From: a virus
Reading direction: 5' to 3' (one strand)
Virus record (IMG/VR): IMGVR_UViG_3300045922_000293
Location: 1-64,000 of that record
DNA: 64,000 nucleotides
Part shown: positions 29,862 to 39,559 of the stretch, piece after piece
Position numbering within the stretch: position 1 is the first letter of the stretch
How the letters are laid out: each line of letters begins with the position of its first letter
Translations under genes and position numbers: made by a program
The notes under the pieces: model-generated
What the model was told of the DNA's origin: nothing
Database searches by the model: none
Seen by the model: the letters and a program-made list of their open reading frames with translations, nothing else

Positions 29862-31596
29862 TCCAGATGCGCGTATAATAGGGACCGTAGAGAGTATTAG
29901 TCAATCACGCCTGAAGACGAGGAATGCACAGATCAAGTTTGGGGCTGAGGCGATCTCGATCAAGAAGCGTGCGAATGTGTGTTTTGGTGTCAGTGGAAGC
30001 GGCATTGATGGGGCTTTCGGGAATGGTGGCGCTGTGGGTATGGGCTATGCAAACAATGTCTATAGCCCGCATCTTTCGACCGATTTTTTGGAGCTTCCCC
30101 AGAATTTGACGGAGAAGCGATCTTATTACCGTCATTTCTATAACTTTCATCCTTATGTCGGGAGGGCGATCGATCTTCATACTGAGCTGCCCTTATCCAA
30201 GATCCGTTTAGCACCCCCGAAAGGGTCTGATCCTAAGAAAAATCGCTATATCTTGAAGTTCTTTCAGACCATGGTGAAGGATCTGAATCTATTAAAGACC
30301 CTTGTAGATGCGACACGTGAATATTATGTGATTGGGGACGCGTTCCTGTTCGCTGAAGATAGTGAAGTGAAATACCCCGATAGTATCTTTTATGATGTTC
30401 GATCTGAGCTGGATGAAGAGGGTCAGGCCCGGCAAGTCAAGATTCCGATTCAAGATGAGTACGTTTTAGAGACAAGAAAGCGCGCTTACTTTCAAAAGCA
30501 CTATAAGGGCTGGCAGAGTCTCACCTTGTTGCCACCTGAGCAGGTCAATGTGACTCACTATCAATTTGCGAACAAGGTCCGCTATGAGCTGCTTGTGGAT
30601 AGTAAGACCCGAGAGTTGGTATCACAGGCGGAGGCCGGAGATGAAGAAGCTCTTGAATATGTGGCGACGATGCCGGAAGATATTTTAAAATATATTCAAG
30701 AGGGCCGCGATTTACCCTTAGACACTGATCCGATGGAGGGGAGCTTTGTCTATCAGTTAAGCCGCAACAAGCCCCCCTATGTGCCCTATGGTGTCTCGAT
30801 TATCGAGAGGTGTTTACGCGATCTTGTGTATCAAGACAAGCTACGTCAGAGCCAGACAAGCATTGCTAGCAGGGCGATGACTCCTAAGCGGCTCATCTAT
30901 ATGGAGGATGGTGACGAGGCGGATGTGGAGAATTTGCGCGATCAGATTGATCAGGCGTTGATGGACCCTGATTATAGTATTGTGACAAACTTTCAAGTGA
31001 ATTGGGAGGAGATCAGCGCGCGCGATCGTCTTCTTGACTTGGGCACCGAGTACGATATCGTAGATCGGCGTCTCCAGGCGGGCTTGAGCGTCACGGAGTC
31101 GATGTTAACGGGAGAGTCCAGCTATTCAGGCGAGCGCACGAATCTTGAGATCATGAACACCTTATATTCATTGTACCGTGAGACGATTCAAACGTATGTA
31201 GAGGAGTTTTTGTTCAAGCCTGTCGCTATAAAGAAGGGTTTTGTGGAGAATGATGAATTCGGTGAAGAAGTCGTCCTCTACCCCTCCTTGTCTTTCACAC
31301 GTCTTGCGCTGCGTGACAATCGTGATACGTTTGATACGATGTTCAACCTGTATAGCAAAGGCTCCTTGTCTATTGATTTTATTTTAGAGTTATTTGGTCT
31401 AGACCCTGAGATGGTCCATGAGCGAGTCAAGCGGGATCTCTTGACCGTGAAAGACCCCGTGTTCAATGATATGATGCGCACGGTCTATTCTGATGTAGGG
31501 CGTCTTGTCGTGGAAAATACGGATGCCGCCCAGCGTATTTTTGCTGAGATGGGCCTTGTGCATACACCCCCGGTAGCGGGCGATGACAGGTTTTAA
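29845..31596 (+). CDS. portal protein
   Basis: YRHFYNFHPYVGRAIDLHTELP, EYYVIGDAF and PYGVSIIERC are portal-like segments; size and position after terminase fit. Confidence 0.85.
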   Translation: MATRSNPDARIIGTVESISQSRLKTRNAQIKFGAEAISIKKRANVCFGVSGSGIDGAFGNGGAVGMGYANNVYSPHLSTDFLELPQNLTEKRSYYRHFYNFHPYVGRAIDLHTELPLSKIRLAPPKGSDPKKNRYILKFFQTMVKDLNLLKTLVDATREYYVIGDAFLFAEDSEVKYPDSIFYDVRSELDEEGQARQVKIPIQDEYVLETRKRAYFQKHYKGWQSLTLLPPEQVNVTHYQFANKVRYELLVDSKTRELVSQAEAGDEEALEYVATMPEDILKYIQEGRDLPLDTDPMEGSFVYQLSRNKPPYVPYGVSIIERCLRDLVYQDKLRQSQTSIASRAMTPKRLIYMEDGDEADVENLRDQIDQALMDPDYSIVTNFQVNWEEISARDRLLDLGTEYDIVDRRLQAGLSVTESMLTGESSYSGERTNLEIMNTLYSLYRETIQTYVEEFLFKPVAIKKGFVENDEFGEEVVLYPSLSFTRLALRDNRDTFDTMFNLYSKGSLSIDFILELFGLDPEMVHERVKRDLLTVKDPVFNDMMRTVYSDVGRLVVENTDAAQRIFAEMGLVHTPPVAGDDRF

Positions 31597-31599
31597 GTT

Positions 31600-33486
31600 A
31601 TGAAACGCTCTGCTGTGAAGACAAAAGACCCCGTGAGGGCGGAAGAACGTGAAGTTGAACGCCTTGTGAGACCCGCGCCTAAGATAAAGCCCCCCCGCGC
31701 GGATCGCGCGCGTGAAATTGTACGTGAGCATGATCCGGATCTGGATGAAAAAGATCCTGATCTTTCCTTGAATTATAAGGACATAGGGGGTAAGGCCGTG
31801 AAGGCGAATACCCCTACCCCGTTTAAGATTGAACCCCCTAGCGCCGAACGTGATACGTTTAGGGTGCATGATCAGGATGGAAAGCCTTATTATTTCATGA
31901 CAAAGCTAAAGGCGGAGGAATGGCTAGCACAGAAGATCAAGATGCAGGATCAGGCGGAGAAGGCGAAAACCTTAGAAGAGCTTGAAGCTGATGTGTTAGC
32001 GGATGAAAAGGCCAAAACCCCTTTAAAGGTGCTTGTCCCAACTTCATTGCGTAAAGAATTTTTGGTCTTTGATGCAAAAGGAAAGTCTAAGACTTTTGAG
32101 ACTCTTGAGGAAGCCGAGGATTTTGTAAGATTTGAATCTTTTAAGATGGAGACTGACAAGAAAAAACAGCCCTTTAAGATCAATAAAAAAGAGCGCGAGG
32201 AGAAGCGACTTGAATGGACTCCCGAAACGGATGAGACCCTTGTGAAGCTGAAGCATAAGATCAGCGCCACGACGCCGGAGATCCTTGCATGGGCAAAAGA
32301 CCCTTCAAAGATCAACCCTGCCTCGATTGATGCTCATTTTGCTGAGTTAAGCGCCTCGGACTTGATTCAGGCTAAAGGTCAGCTCGCGCGTTTAAATCAG
32401 TATTTGATGTTTGAGGAAGGCGCGGACAGTATTCCGCTTAGTAAGGATGAGGCCGCCCGTGTAGTGAATGTGGTGGAGGCCGCGATAGCCAAGGCTCAGA
32501 AAGCTCAAGGTGATGCCCCCGTATTGAATGAAGAGACGATTGAGGATGCGATTGAAATCGCGAAGAATCACGGCGTGGCATCTCTGATCCCCAGTGTGAA
32601 GAAGTTGTCTTCTGACGCGGTTTCTGATGTGCGTGACGCCGTGGATAGATACTATCTTGAGACAGGTGATGACACGGCCAAGGATCTGCGTGATGTGTTA
32701 GAAATACGCCTTTGTCAAGAGTCTTCAGAATCTACGATCTCAGCAGATATTGCTTTGAAGACCTTATATAAAGAACGAGTGGTGAATCCCTCAGAATTTG
32801 ATCTAGGCGATGATGAAGATCGCGGGGAATTTATGCAGAGCTTATCACAGCTTTCTGATAGAGACCTGATAGAAAAGTTTCAAAAGATCCCCATCTATGC
32901 ACTGATCATGGGTGTTGATGATCAAACACAGCCTGAATCCCATTTTCTAAGACCCGATCAGAAAGATAGGCTCTTGTTGAAATTGGAGCAGGATATCAGA
33001 AGGCGAGCGTTTTTTAATGATTTGCAGTTAAGGGCGGGTAATCCAGATAAATTATCAGAATTGATTCACCGCACTCGCGAAAATAGTCTCAAAGATCGTG
33101 AAAAGAAGGTCTTTGAAGAAAGAGTGCCTAAAGGCGAGAGCTTTTTTGATTTTTTGATGAAGTTATTGAAGCAGCCTAGTATGAAATGGAAGAGAAGAGC
33201 CATGAGGAAATCTTCATCGTTGAAAATTGCGCATCTTTATATGCTGGGTGTACCTAAGAACACACGCCAGATAAGGCTTCAGGATGTGCTCGCCCTCTTG
33301 TCCTTAGCTTTAGCATGGTATGATAGGGATCAGATGTCCCTTCAGAGTGAGGCATCACGCCGTCGTATGGCGTTAGACTACGCGATTCATACCTACGGCG
33401 GAGGTGAGTATCAAAGGGCTGTGGATGACCCCTTTTATGTGACCCTATGGGATGCTTTATGTGCTTTTTTAGATGAAAACGCTTAA
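31600..33486 (+). CDS. hypothetical protein, probably head-associated
   Basis: 628-aa charged protein directly after the portal. Confidence 0.75.
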   Translation: MKRSAVKTKDPVRAEEREVERLVRPAPKIKPPRADRAREIVREHDPDLDEKDPDLSLNYKDIGGKAVKANTPTPFKIEPPSAERDTFRVHDQDGKPYYFMTKLKAEEWLAQKIKMQDQAEKAKTLEELEADVLADEKAKTPLKVLVPTSLRKEFLVFDAKGKSKTFETLEEAEDFVRFESFKMETDKKKQPFKINKKEREEKRLEWTPETDETLVKLKHKISATTPEILAWAKDPSKINPASIDAHFAELSASDLIQAKGQLARLNQYLMFEEGADSIPLSKDEAARVVNVVEAAIAKAQKAQGDAPVLNEETIEDAIEIAKNHGVASLIPSVKKLSSDAVSDVRDAVDRYYLETGDDTAKDLRDVLEIRLCQESSESTISADIALKTLYKERVVNPSEFDLGDDEDRGEFMQSLSQLSDRDLIEKFQKIPIYALIMGVDDQTQPESHFLRPDQKDRLLLKLEQDIRRRAFFNDLQLRAGNPDKLSELIHRTRENSLKDREKKVFEERVPKGESFFDFLMKLLKQPSMKWKRRAMRKSSSLKIAHLYMLGVPKNTRQIRLQDVLALLSLALAWYDRDQMSLQSEASRRRMALDYAIHTYGGGEYQRAVDDPFYVTLWDALCAFLDENA

Positions 33487-33496
33487 ATTTACAAAA

Positions 33497-33506
33497 ATCT
33501 TTTAAT
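33497..33506 (+). promoter_or_regulatory. candidate late promoter motif (ATCTTTTAAT)
   Basis: Intergenic motif copy, followed by a hairpin CTATGAGG...CCTCATAG at 33519-33552. Confidence 0.55.
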
Positions 33507-33608
33507 GTGTTGTCTTTTCTATGAGGCTTTATACCCTTTTAAAACCTCATAGCAGTCTTAAAAAATTCCTGTTGGCCGTGAACCCGTTATCTACGGAGAC
33601 CTACTATT

Positions 33609-34439
33609 ATGAAGCGTACCTCTTATCAGCGCCGCCGACCCATGCGCCGTACCTCCTCAGCTAAGGTTCTGTCATCACGACTTGACCGCGTAGCGAATAT
33701 TATTGAGTCCCACCATCGCAAGCTTGGTCTCACCCGCAAGCAGGCGCATCAATTCTGTTTCTCATTGGATCGTCTCGCGGATGTCCTTGATCAGAGCGAT
33801 ATTCAGCAGTGGGATGTTGCGTATGAAGACCCCGAACTCACTTCGGATGAGGAGAGTTTTGATGATGAGCTGATGTTGCAAGAGGATGAGCCTTATATGG
33901 AGACGTTCCATGCTCCATCTAGGCTTCATGAGGGTGATGAGGACGAGGATTCTTACATGCATCATTTTCAAGGAAGCGATTTCGCTAACGTGAATAAGTA
34001 CATGCAAGATGGCCGCCGATCAGCGTTGCGCAAGCCCGCGCGTAAGCTAGCCCGCCGCAAGTTGTCTTATCATTTTGCGGACATGGAAGATGATTGTGAT
34101 GAGGATTTTGACCATGATCATGACGCATATGCTGATATGGATTGTGACGCCGATGATGATTATGGGTCTGACTGTGATGTAATGATGGACGAGGTGGAGT
34201 CTTATCATTTTGCGGATGAAGATGATGAAGAGGCAGAAGATGATATGAACGAAGAAGATGATGTAGAGGCGCGCCGCCGTATGGCGCGCCGCCGTCGATC
34301 AACTGCCTATCTGAATCCTCGTTATGCTCGCCTCCGCCAACGATGGGCTTCCGAAGATGATGTAGAGGCAGAAGATGATATGGAGGAAGAAGATGATGTA
34401 GAGGCGCGCCGCCGTATGGCGCGCCGCAACCGTCGTTAA
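33609..34439 (+). CDS. low-complexity acidic/basic block protein (scaffold- or core-like)
   Basis: GGAG upstream; alternating D/E-rich and R-rich blocks; duplicated EAEDDMxEEDDVEARRRMARR. Confidence 0.75.
   Translation: MKRTSYQRRRPMRRTSSAKVLSSRLDRVANIIESHHRKLGLTRKQAHQFCFSLDRLADVLDQSDIQQWDVAYEDPELTSDEESFDDELMLQEDEPYMETFHAPSRLHEGDEDEDSYMHHFQGSDFANVNKYMQDGRRSALRKPARKLARRKLSYHFADMEDDCDEDFDHDHDAYADMDCDADDDYGSDCDVMMDEVESYHFADEDDEEAEDDMNEEDDVEARRRMARRRRSTAYLNPRYARLRQRWASEDDVEAEDDMEEEDDVEARRRMARRNRR
34230..34427 (+). repeat. coding direct repeat, two copies of about 64 nt
   Basis: GAGGCAGAAGATGATATG...GATGTAGAGGCGCGCCGCCGTATGGCGCGCCGC at about 34230 and about 34364. Confidence 0.85.
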
Positions 34440-34445
34440 TCCATT

Positions 34446-34496
34446 ATAGCGGATTGGTCATGGTGTAACAAAAGAGGCCAATCCGCTATGCTTTTG
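34446..34496 (+). terminator. hairpin, probable terminator
   Basis: ATAGCGGATTGG...CCAATCCGCTAT followed by GCTTTT just after the stop codon. Confidence 0.6.
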
Positions 34497-34759
34497 CATG
34501 ACGTGCATCATAACGCATAAAAATTCTTCTCCTTGAGGCCCCCCGATCTTATTGTAACCCCGAGTAGATGTTGAAGGCGGCTTATGGGGTGATCAAGAAG
34601 AATCACGCTGTGAAAATTTATGTATGGTGATGGTGTCGAGACTCTTGAAGCCATTTTCACATCGTAAGGGAGAAAGCGCCAAAGGTCTATCTAATAAACT
34701 TTTTTAAAATAAGGGGGGGATAAGACTATCTTCACGCATTTTATTTAAAGGTGATCAGG

Positions 34760-35746
34760 ATGAGGTTTTTACCCGAAGACAGTGAATCTCTGGCGCGTCA
34801 TATTTTGAATAACGGCGCAGAGTATGTGAAGAGCCGTGTACAAGGCGCTGAATATGTGTCTGTAAGGCTTGAAAAGGGTTTGCGCGCCTCCGATCCCCCT
34901 ATTTTGAGATTGGATATTAGCTTAGATGATAAAAGTGAGTGGATTAATAATATTTTTGAGAATTCAAACCTTTTTAAAGTTATATTAAATTCTTATGATG
35001 GGTCACTAGAAGTCTTTTGTAGGGGATATCAAAATTCTGTAAAATTCAGAAAATTACGAGTTAAGACCTTACAAGATGCTGTAAATGAGATTAATGCCTA
35101 CATTGCTCAAATCATCCCTGAGTTAAAGATGAGCAAGCGGATCGCGACCAAGTGCGCTTATATAGATTGGCAGAGCGTAGGAAGATCTTTACAGACGGGG
35201 GATCGTGTGCGAGTGTTCAACTCCGTCGATGGTAGGTTCTCCCCGTGGGAGGGTCATATCACGGCGGTCATGGCGCATTTAGGCATGGTGGATGTGCAGA
35301 CCCCCTTTGGTAATGTCCGTCTCCCCGTTGAAGACGTGACCGTTGTGAGCCGTGATCCTGTGTTAGAGGATACAGGCTATAAGGGGTATGATAACACACG
35401 CAATAAGGATGACCTCACGTTGCAGTACACGCCTGAAAAAGTGAAGACGGCATTGTATTGGAAGGCCAAGGGGCGTAAGTATATGCCGACTAGGTCTGAA
35501 GAGGAGAGTGGTAATTATGTCTGCCCTAAATGCGACAGCCCGTTGAAAAATTCAATTTACAAGAAGCGTACAAAGCTGTTTGTGTGTACAAACAATGAGT
35601 GCAATTTCTGCATCCGCCCCGTGGATATCATCCATGCGGAGACGTGTGATGGAGAGGATAAACCTTTGCTTGATGACACGAATCCGCGATCTCAGGTGTT
35701 GCGTATTGTGAAGGCTTATCTAAGCACGGGGGGATATGTGTCATGA
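34760..35746 (+). CDS. multidomain hypothetical protein with an SH3-like segment and a C-terminal zinc ribbon
   Basis: LQTGDRVRV...GMVDV segment and CPKC...CTNNEC; domains are separated by KRIATKCA and KVKTA. Confidence 0.7.
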   Translation: MRFLPEDSESLARHILNNGAEYVKSRVQGAEYVSVRLEKGLRASDPPILRLDISLDDKSEWINNIFENSNLFKVILNSYDGSLEVFCRGYQNSVKFRKLRVKTLQDAVNEINAYIAQIIPELKMSKRIATKCAYIDWQSVGRSLQTGDRVRVFNSVDGRFSPWEGHITAVMAHLGMVDVQTPFGNVRLPVEDVTVVSRDPVLEDTGYKGYDNTRNKDDLTLQYTPEKVKTALYWKAKGRKYMPTRSEEESGNYVCPKCDSPLKNSIYKKRTKLFVCTNNECNFCIRPVDIIHAETCDGEDKPLLDDTNPRSQVLRIVKAYLSTGGYVS

Positions 35747-37233
35747 TACGGTATACAATCGCGAAGGTGTCTACGGTATCCGTGGATAGAGATGTATGGT
35801 CACAATTCAAGAAGGCGCACTCATCCTATTCTACGGGGGTATTCCGTAACAAGCGGACGGCCAAGACCAACAGCTCTAAGGACATCCTCAACCTTTTTGA
35901 TCCTAAGAAGTATATCCTGACACACGCGACAATTATAGCAAGTGTTGACACAGAAGATGTGCCGGGGGTGAAGTTAGGCGAGAACATGTGGGAGGACGGG
36001 CGTAAGATCACCCGTCTATGGTCAGATTACCGTATTAAGAAGGACACAGAGCGTTACATTAACTTTAATAATGATGCATGGGAGCGTCAAAATCTTCTTC
36101 AAACGTTTTGGACATTCATTGGGGGGTACAATTATCAAGAGCACATTCAAGACCCTGAGTTAAGTAAGGGCATTATCTTGGATGCCGTGAGTCGAGATCT
36201 TGGCGACACGGTGTACATTGATATTCTTGTGGCGACGGATCGCTCACATGTTGCGCTTGTGCATGATATTGTCATGAAGAAGATGAAAACGATGTCCATG
36301 GGATGCTCCATTAAGTTTTCAATCTGCACGAAATGTGGGAACATCGCAGCGGATGAAAAAGATATGTGCTCACATATCCGAAGCATGAAGGGCGATACGT
36401 TCAGTGATGCGAACGGAGTTGAGCGTAAGATCGCGGAGCTGTGTGGGCATAGGGAGGTGCCTGAGAGCGTCACATTCTTTGAGGGGTCATGGGTGGAGGT
36501 ACCCGCTTTTGAGGGCGCAGAGGTACGCGCGGTCCTCTACACGCCTGAAGACCTTGATCTGAATGCGGCGGTCCATACCGCACATATCATTCGATTCCCG
36601 TCACAAGTGCCATCCTTTTCTGATTGGACGCAAGCCTTTATAACCTCGCGTGAGGCATCTTTTCGGGATCGTGTAAGTTTTTCTTTTGATGACGATGATG
36701 ATGAAGACGGTGACGGGGATGTGAAGGATGATAAGAATTATTATGAGACGGTTTTAGAAGAGGCTAAAGATCTGGTACAAAATAAGCTCAAGACGGATCT
36801 AAAACGTGAGGTGATGGATAGCCTACGCAAGGATGATGAGAAGACGGAAGCTCCCCTTACCATGGCAGAAGACATGAATGATACGGTCATTGAGTCACGG
36901 CGTCTGGCTCATATTATCAAGGGGATCAAAACGGCTTCTTGCACAAAGGCTGAGATATTTTTAGCCGCCCTCAATCTCTTAGGGAACACCCGCACCGCAT
37001 CGTCATCTCGGCTCCCTATGGAGGCCCGTATTCTCGGTATGTATGCTGTTGCAAAATACAAGAATGCAAACACTTCTTTTTCCAAAAAGTTTCATGGCCT
37101 TTTGACTTTGACCAAACATGCTTCAAATGTGTCTAAGTTTTTAAAGCTCGCTGAAATTCACGCCAAGCGTACTTTAACCCCCTCAGAGCGGGCATATTTA
37201 AGTGATGCATATGTGAAATTGAAGGAATTTTAA
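35743..37233 (+). CDS. prohead maturation protease
   Basis: YNYQEH...SKGIILDA, SMGCSIKFSICTKCGN...CSHI and FFEGSWVEVPAF fit a herpes/HK97-type protease with a zinc insertion; lies upstream of scaffold and capsid. Confidence 0.72.
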   Translation: MIRYTIAKVSTVSVDRDVWSQFKKAHSSYSTGVFRNKRTAKTNSSKDILNLFDPKKYILTHATIIASVDTEDVPGVKLGENMWEDGRKITRLWSDYRIKKDTERYINFNNDAWERQNLLQTFWTFIGGYNYQEHIQDPELSKGIILDAVSRDLGDTVYIDILVATDRSHVALVHDIVMKKMKTMSMGCSIKFSICTKCGNIAADEKDMCSHIRSMKGDTFSDANGVERKIAELCGHREVPESVTFFEGSWVEVPAFEGAEVRAVLYTPEDLDLNAAVHTAHIIRFPSQVPSFSDWTQAFITSREASFRDRVSFSFDDDDDEDGDGDVKDDKNYYETVLEEAKDLVQNKLKTDLKREVMDSLRKDDEKTEAPLTMAEDMNDTVIESRRLAHIIKGIKTASCTKAEIFLAALNLLGNTRTASSSRLPMEARILGMYAVAKYKNANTSFSKKFHGLLTLTKHASNVSKFLKLAEIHAKRTLTPSERAYLSDAYVKLKEF

Positions 37234-37257
37234 CGCTAAAATTCCTTATCTTAGAAA

Positions 37258-37267
37258 ATCTTTTTAT
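37258..37267 (+). promoter_or_regulatory. candidate late promoter motif (ATCTTTTTAT)
   Basis: Intergenic motif copy upstream of the scaffold gene. Confidence 0.55.
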
Positions 37268-37368
37268 AAACACATTTTAGGGTAGGTGTCTTCCTTTTTC
37301 GTGTTGTGAATAGGAAGCACAAAAGACTGATCCTATGTGCCCTTGATAGAACATAAGGAGTTCCAAAA

Positions 37369-38700
37369 ATGAATCGTCGTAATCGTCTGACTCAGCGTAA
37401 AGTGGGTATGCGCCGCAAGGCCGATCCTTATACCATGCACCAGGAGCGTGTCAATCCTCCCGTTGAGAAGTATATGAATGGTGATCCTAGTGCATGGGCT
37501 GAGGATCTGCATCCTATCCCTCCCTATGGCACCCCCCGTAATCAGATCGGCCTCCCCGAATTTATGGAGACGACGTGGACACATAAGGGTACGGAGGATT
37601 GGTCGGAGAACAGCCAAGCCTATGATAACGGCTTTACCTTTGATCGTGAAGACGATCAGGCCCGCCGTCTACAGTCAAGCCACCAGCGTCGCGTGATCGC
37701 GAAGCTGGAGGTGAAGGCTTCTAAGTGCATCCGTATCGCTAAGGCGCTTCTGGTCAATGCATCTGCGGACGTGATCGAGGAACAGGCGATGGCTTTCATG
37801 TCTTTGTCCGATCGTGCTATTCAGGCGACGCTTGTCCGTTTGGCGGAGGACGAGCATGCTTCTGAGGAGGAGGAGGAGGAGGAGGACGAGGTGGAGTCCC
37901 GACGTCTCGCTCGCTATTTGCAGGCGAAGCGCAAGGCGAAGAAGAAGGCGGAAGAGGAAGTCGAGTCTAAGAAGTCCAAGAAGTCCAAATCCAAGAAGGC
38001 CGATGAGGACGACGATGAGGATGAGGACGATTATGAGGACGACGACGACGACGATGATTCCGAAGAGGAAGACGAGGTTGAGGCCAAGAAGTCAAAGAGG
38101 TCCAGAAAGTCTGAAGAGGAAGACGAGGTTGAGGCCAAGAAGTCGAAGAGGTCCAGAAAGTCTGAAGAGGAAGACGAGGTTGAGGCCAAGAAGTCGAAGA
38201 GGTCCAGAAAGTCTGAAGAGGAAGACGAGGTTGAGGCCAAGAAGTCGAAGAAGCGCTCGAAGAAAGCTATGTCTGAAGAGGAGATGGACGCAGAGGTTGA
38301 GGCTATGCTTGCGAGCATGGATGAAGATCTTGATGACATCGTATCGGAAGAGGATGTAGATTCTGAAGAGGAAGATGAGGATCTTGACGCTTCTCTAGAG
38401 GATCTTCTTGACGATGAAGACGCTATGATGGATGACATGGTGGATGATTCTACCATCGACGATATGGTTCTTGAGCATGAGGTAGATCCTCTCATGGAAA
38501 TGACCCTGGATGATGACATTTATTCACGTCTCATGAGCCGTTCAGCCAAGGGCAAGACATCGGCTCAAAAGTCCGCGCAAAAGGGCGTCAAGCGTCTTGG
38601 CCGTGTCACGACCGCCTCTGTTAAGGACAACAGTGAGGTGAATGACCTTAGTAAGCTATGGACCACTGAGCCGGATGTCTCTAAGGTGTTCAAGCGTTGA
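37369..38700 (+). CDS. probable capsid scaffolding protein
   Basis: TAAGGAG upstream; highly acidic and basic low-complexity sequence; located between protease and capsid genes. Confidence 0.7.
   Translation: MNRRNRLTQRKVGMRRKADPYTMHQERVNPPVEKYMNGDPSAWAEDLHPIPPYGTPRNQIGLPEFMETTWTHKGTEDWSENSQAYDNGFTFDREDDQARRLQSSHQRRVIAKLEVKASKCIRIAKALLVNASADVIEEQAMAFMSLSDRAIQATLVRLAEDEHASEEEEEEEDEVESRRLARYLQAKRKAKKKAEEEVESKKSKKSKSKKADEDDDEDEDDYEDDDDDDDSEEEDEVEAKKSKRSRKSEEEDEVEAKKSKRSRKSEEEDEVEAKKSKRSRKSEEEDEVEAKKSKKRSKKAMSEEEMDAEVEAMLASMDEDLDDIVSEEDVDSEEEDEDLDASLEDLLDDEDAMMDDMVDDSTIDDMVLEHEVDPLMEMTLDDDIYSRLMSRSAKGKTSAQKSAQKGVKRLGRVTTASVKDNSEVNDLSKLWTTEPDVSKVFKR
38062..38250 (+). repeat. 51-nt coding tandem repeat (EEEDEVEAKKSKRSRKS), three full copies plus one partial
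   Basis: Units begin at 38062, 38113, 38164 and 38215. Confidence 0.95.
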
Positions 38701-38707
38701 TTTCAAC

Positions 38708-38756
38708 TTTTGAGCTTGGCAAGATGAGAAAAGTGTTGTCGGGCTCAAAATTTTTC
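38708..38756 (+). terminator. hairpin, probable terminator
   Basis: TTTTGAGCTTGGCAA...TTGTCGGGCTCAAAA (with G-U pairs) followed by a T run. Confidence 0.6.
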
Positions 38757-38772
38757 CATGTTTTTTTTATGG

Positions 38773-38782
38773 ATCTTTTAAT
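38773..38782 (+). promoter_or_regulatory. candidate late promoter motif (ATCTTTTAAT)
   Basis: Intergenic motif copy upstream of the decoration and capsid genes. Confidence 0.6.
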
Positions 38783-38878
38783 ATTAAGTTAAATTGTAGA
38801 ATTCTGACTTAATATCAGATATTCTTAACCTAATGTGTAGTGTTCTAATTTCAGTCACGTTATGTCAGGAGACACACA

Positions 38879-39490
38879 ATGGCTATTCCAGGTCAGGCTA
38901 GCGGTGATTTCACCGAGTCACAATCCGCCCTACGTATCCTTTATATTGGGCATCGGAATACGTTCTCAGCGACGCTGACAACGGATTCTTTCATTCAAAC
39001 CAATCCTCCCGTTGTCGTGACCCCCGCGTCTGTTTCACAGACGCTCGGTCCCGCCCCTAAGCGCGGCGTTCTCTCGGGCTCCGTTGCCTTCACTCGCCCC
39101 GATGCTGGTAATGGTTTCATTGGTGGCCCCCTCGCGACTGCACCCGCCGCAGGTGCGCTCCGCCCCCTTGGTTTTTTCATCAATGATGCCGCGGGTTATT
39201 CTTTTCTGAATACCCCCGCCGCTGCCTCGGGTCAAGGTCCTTACACTTCGGCTCAGGGTACGATTGGGACTCAACTTTATGAGACCCAAAATCTCAACAC
39301 CAACGCTGCGTTGACGTATCAAGTGGGTGACTTTGTGTATGCTTCTCTCAATGGATATCTGACGAATGTTGCGGATGCAGATAATGCAATTGAGCTTGCT
39401 CATGCTCTGGCTTCCGCGACGGTGATGGGTGTCGTAAAGATCGTCCCAGATGCCGTGCTTGCAGAACTCTTGTTGGATCAGCGCATTTAA
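38879..39490 (+). CDS. probable capsid decoration/cement protein
   Basis: AGGAG upstream; G/A/T-rich beta protein with YQVGDFVYASLNGYLT, directly before the major capsid gene. Confidence 0.65.
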   Translation: MAIPGQASGDFTESQSALRILYIGHRNTFSATLTTDSFIQTNPPVVVTPASVSQTLGPAPKRGVLSGSVAFTRPDAGNGFIGGPLATAPAAGALRPLGFFINDAAGYSFLNTPAAASGQGPYTSAQGTIGTQLYETQNLNTNAALTYQVGDFVYASLNGYLTNVADADNAIELAHALASATVMGVVKIVPDAVLAELLLDQRI

Positions 39491-39559
39491 TGTTCATTAC
39501 CCCCGTGTTTGGGGGAATTGATGCAAATCGTAGAGAGATATTGAGAGGAGATATACATA

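Noticed and set aside
38062-38250. Regular repeats resembling a CRISPR array
   Set aside because: Units are contiguous 51-nt in-frame coding repeats with no unique spacers.
37814-38519. Overlapping ORFs 37814-38359 (+) and 38031-38519 (-)
   Set aside because: They are shadow frames of the low-complexity scaffold repeat (poly-Arg and poly-Ser).
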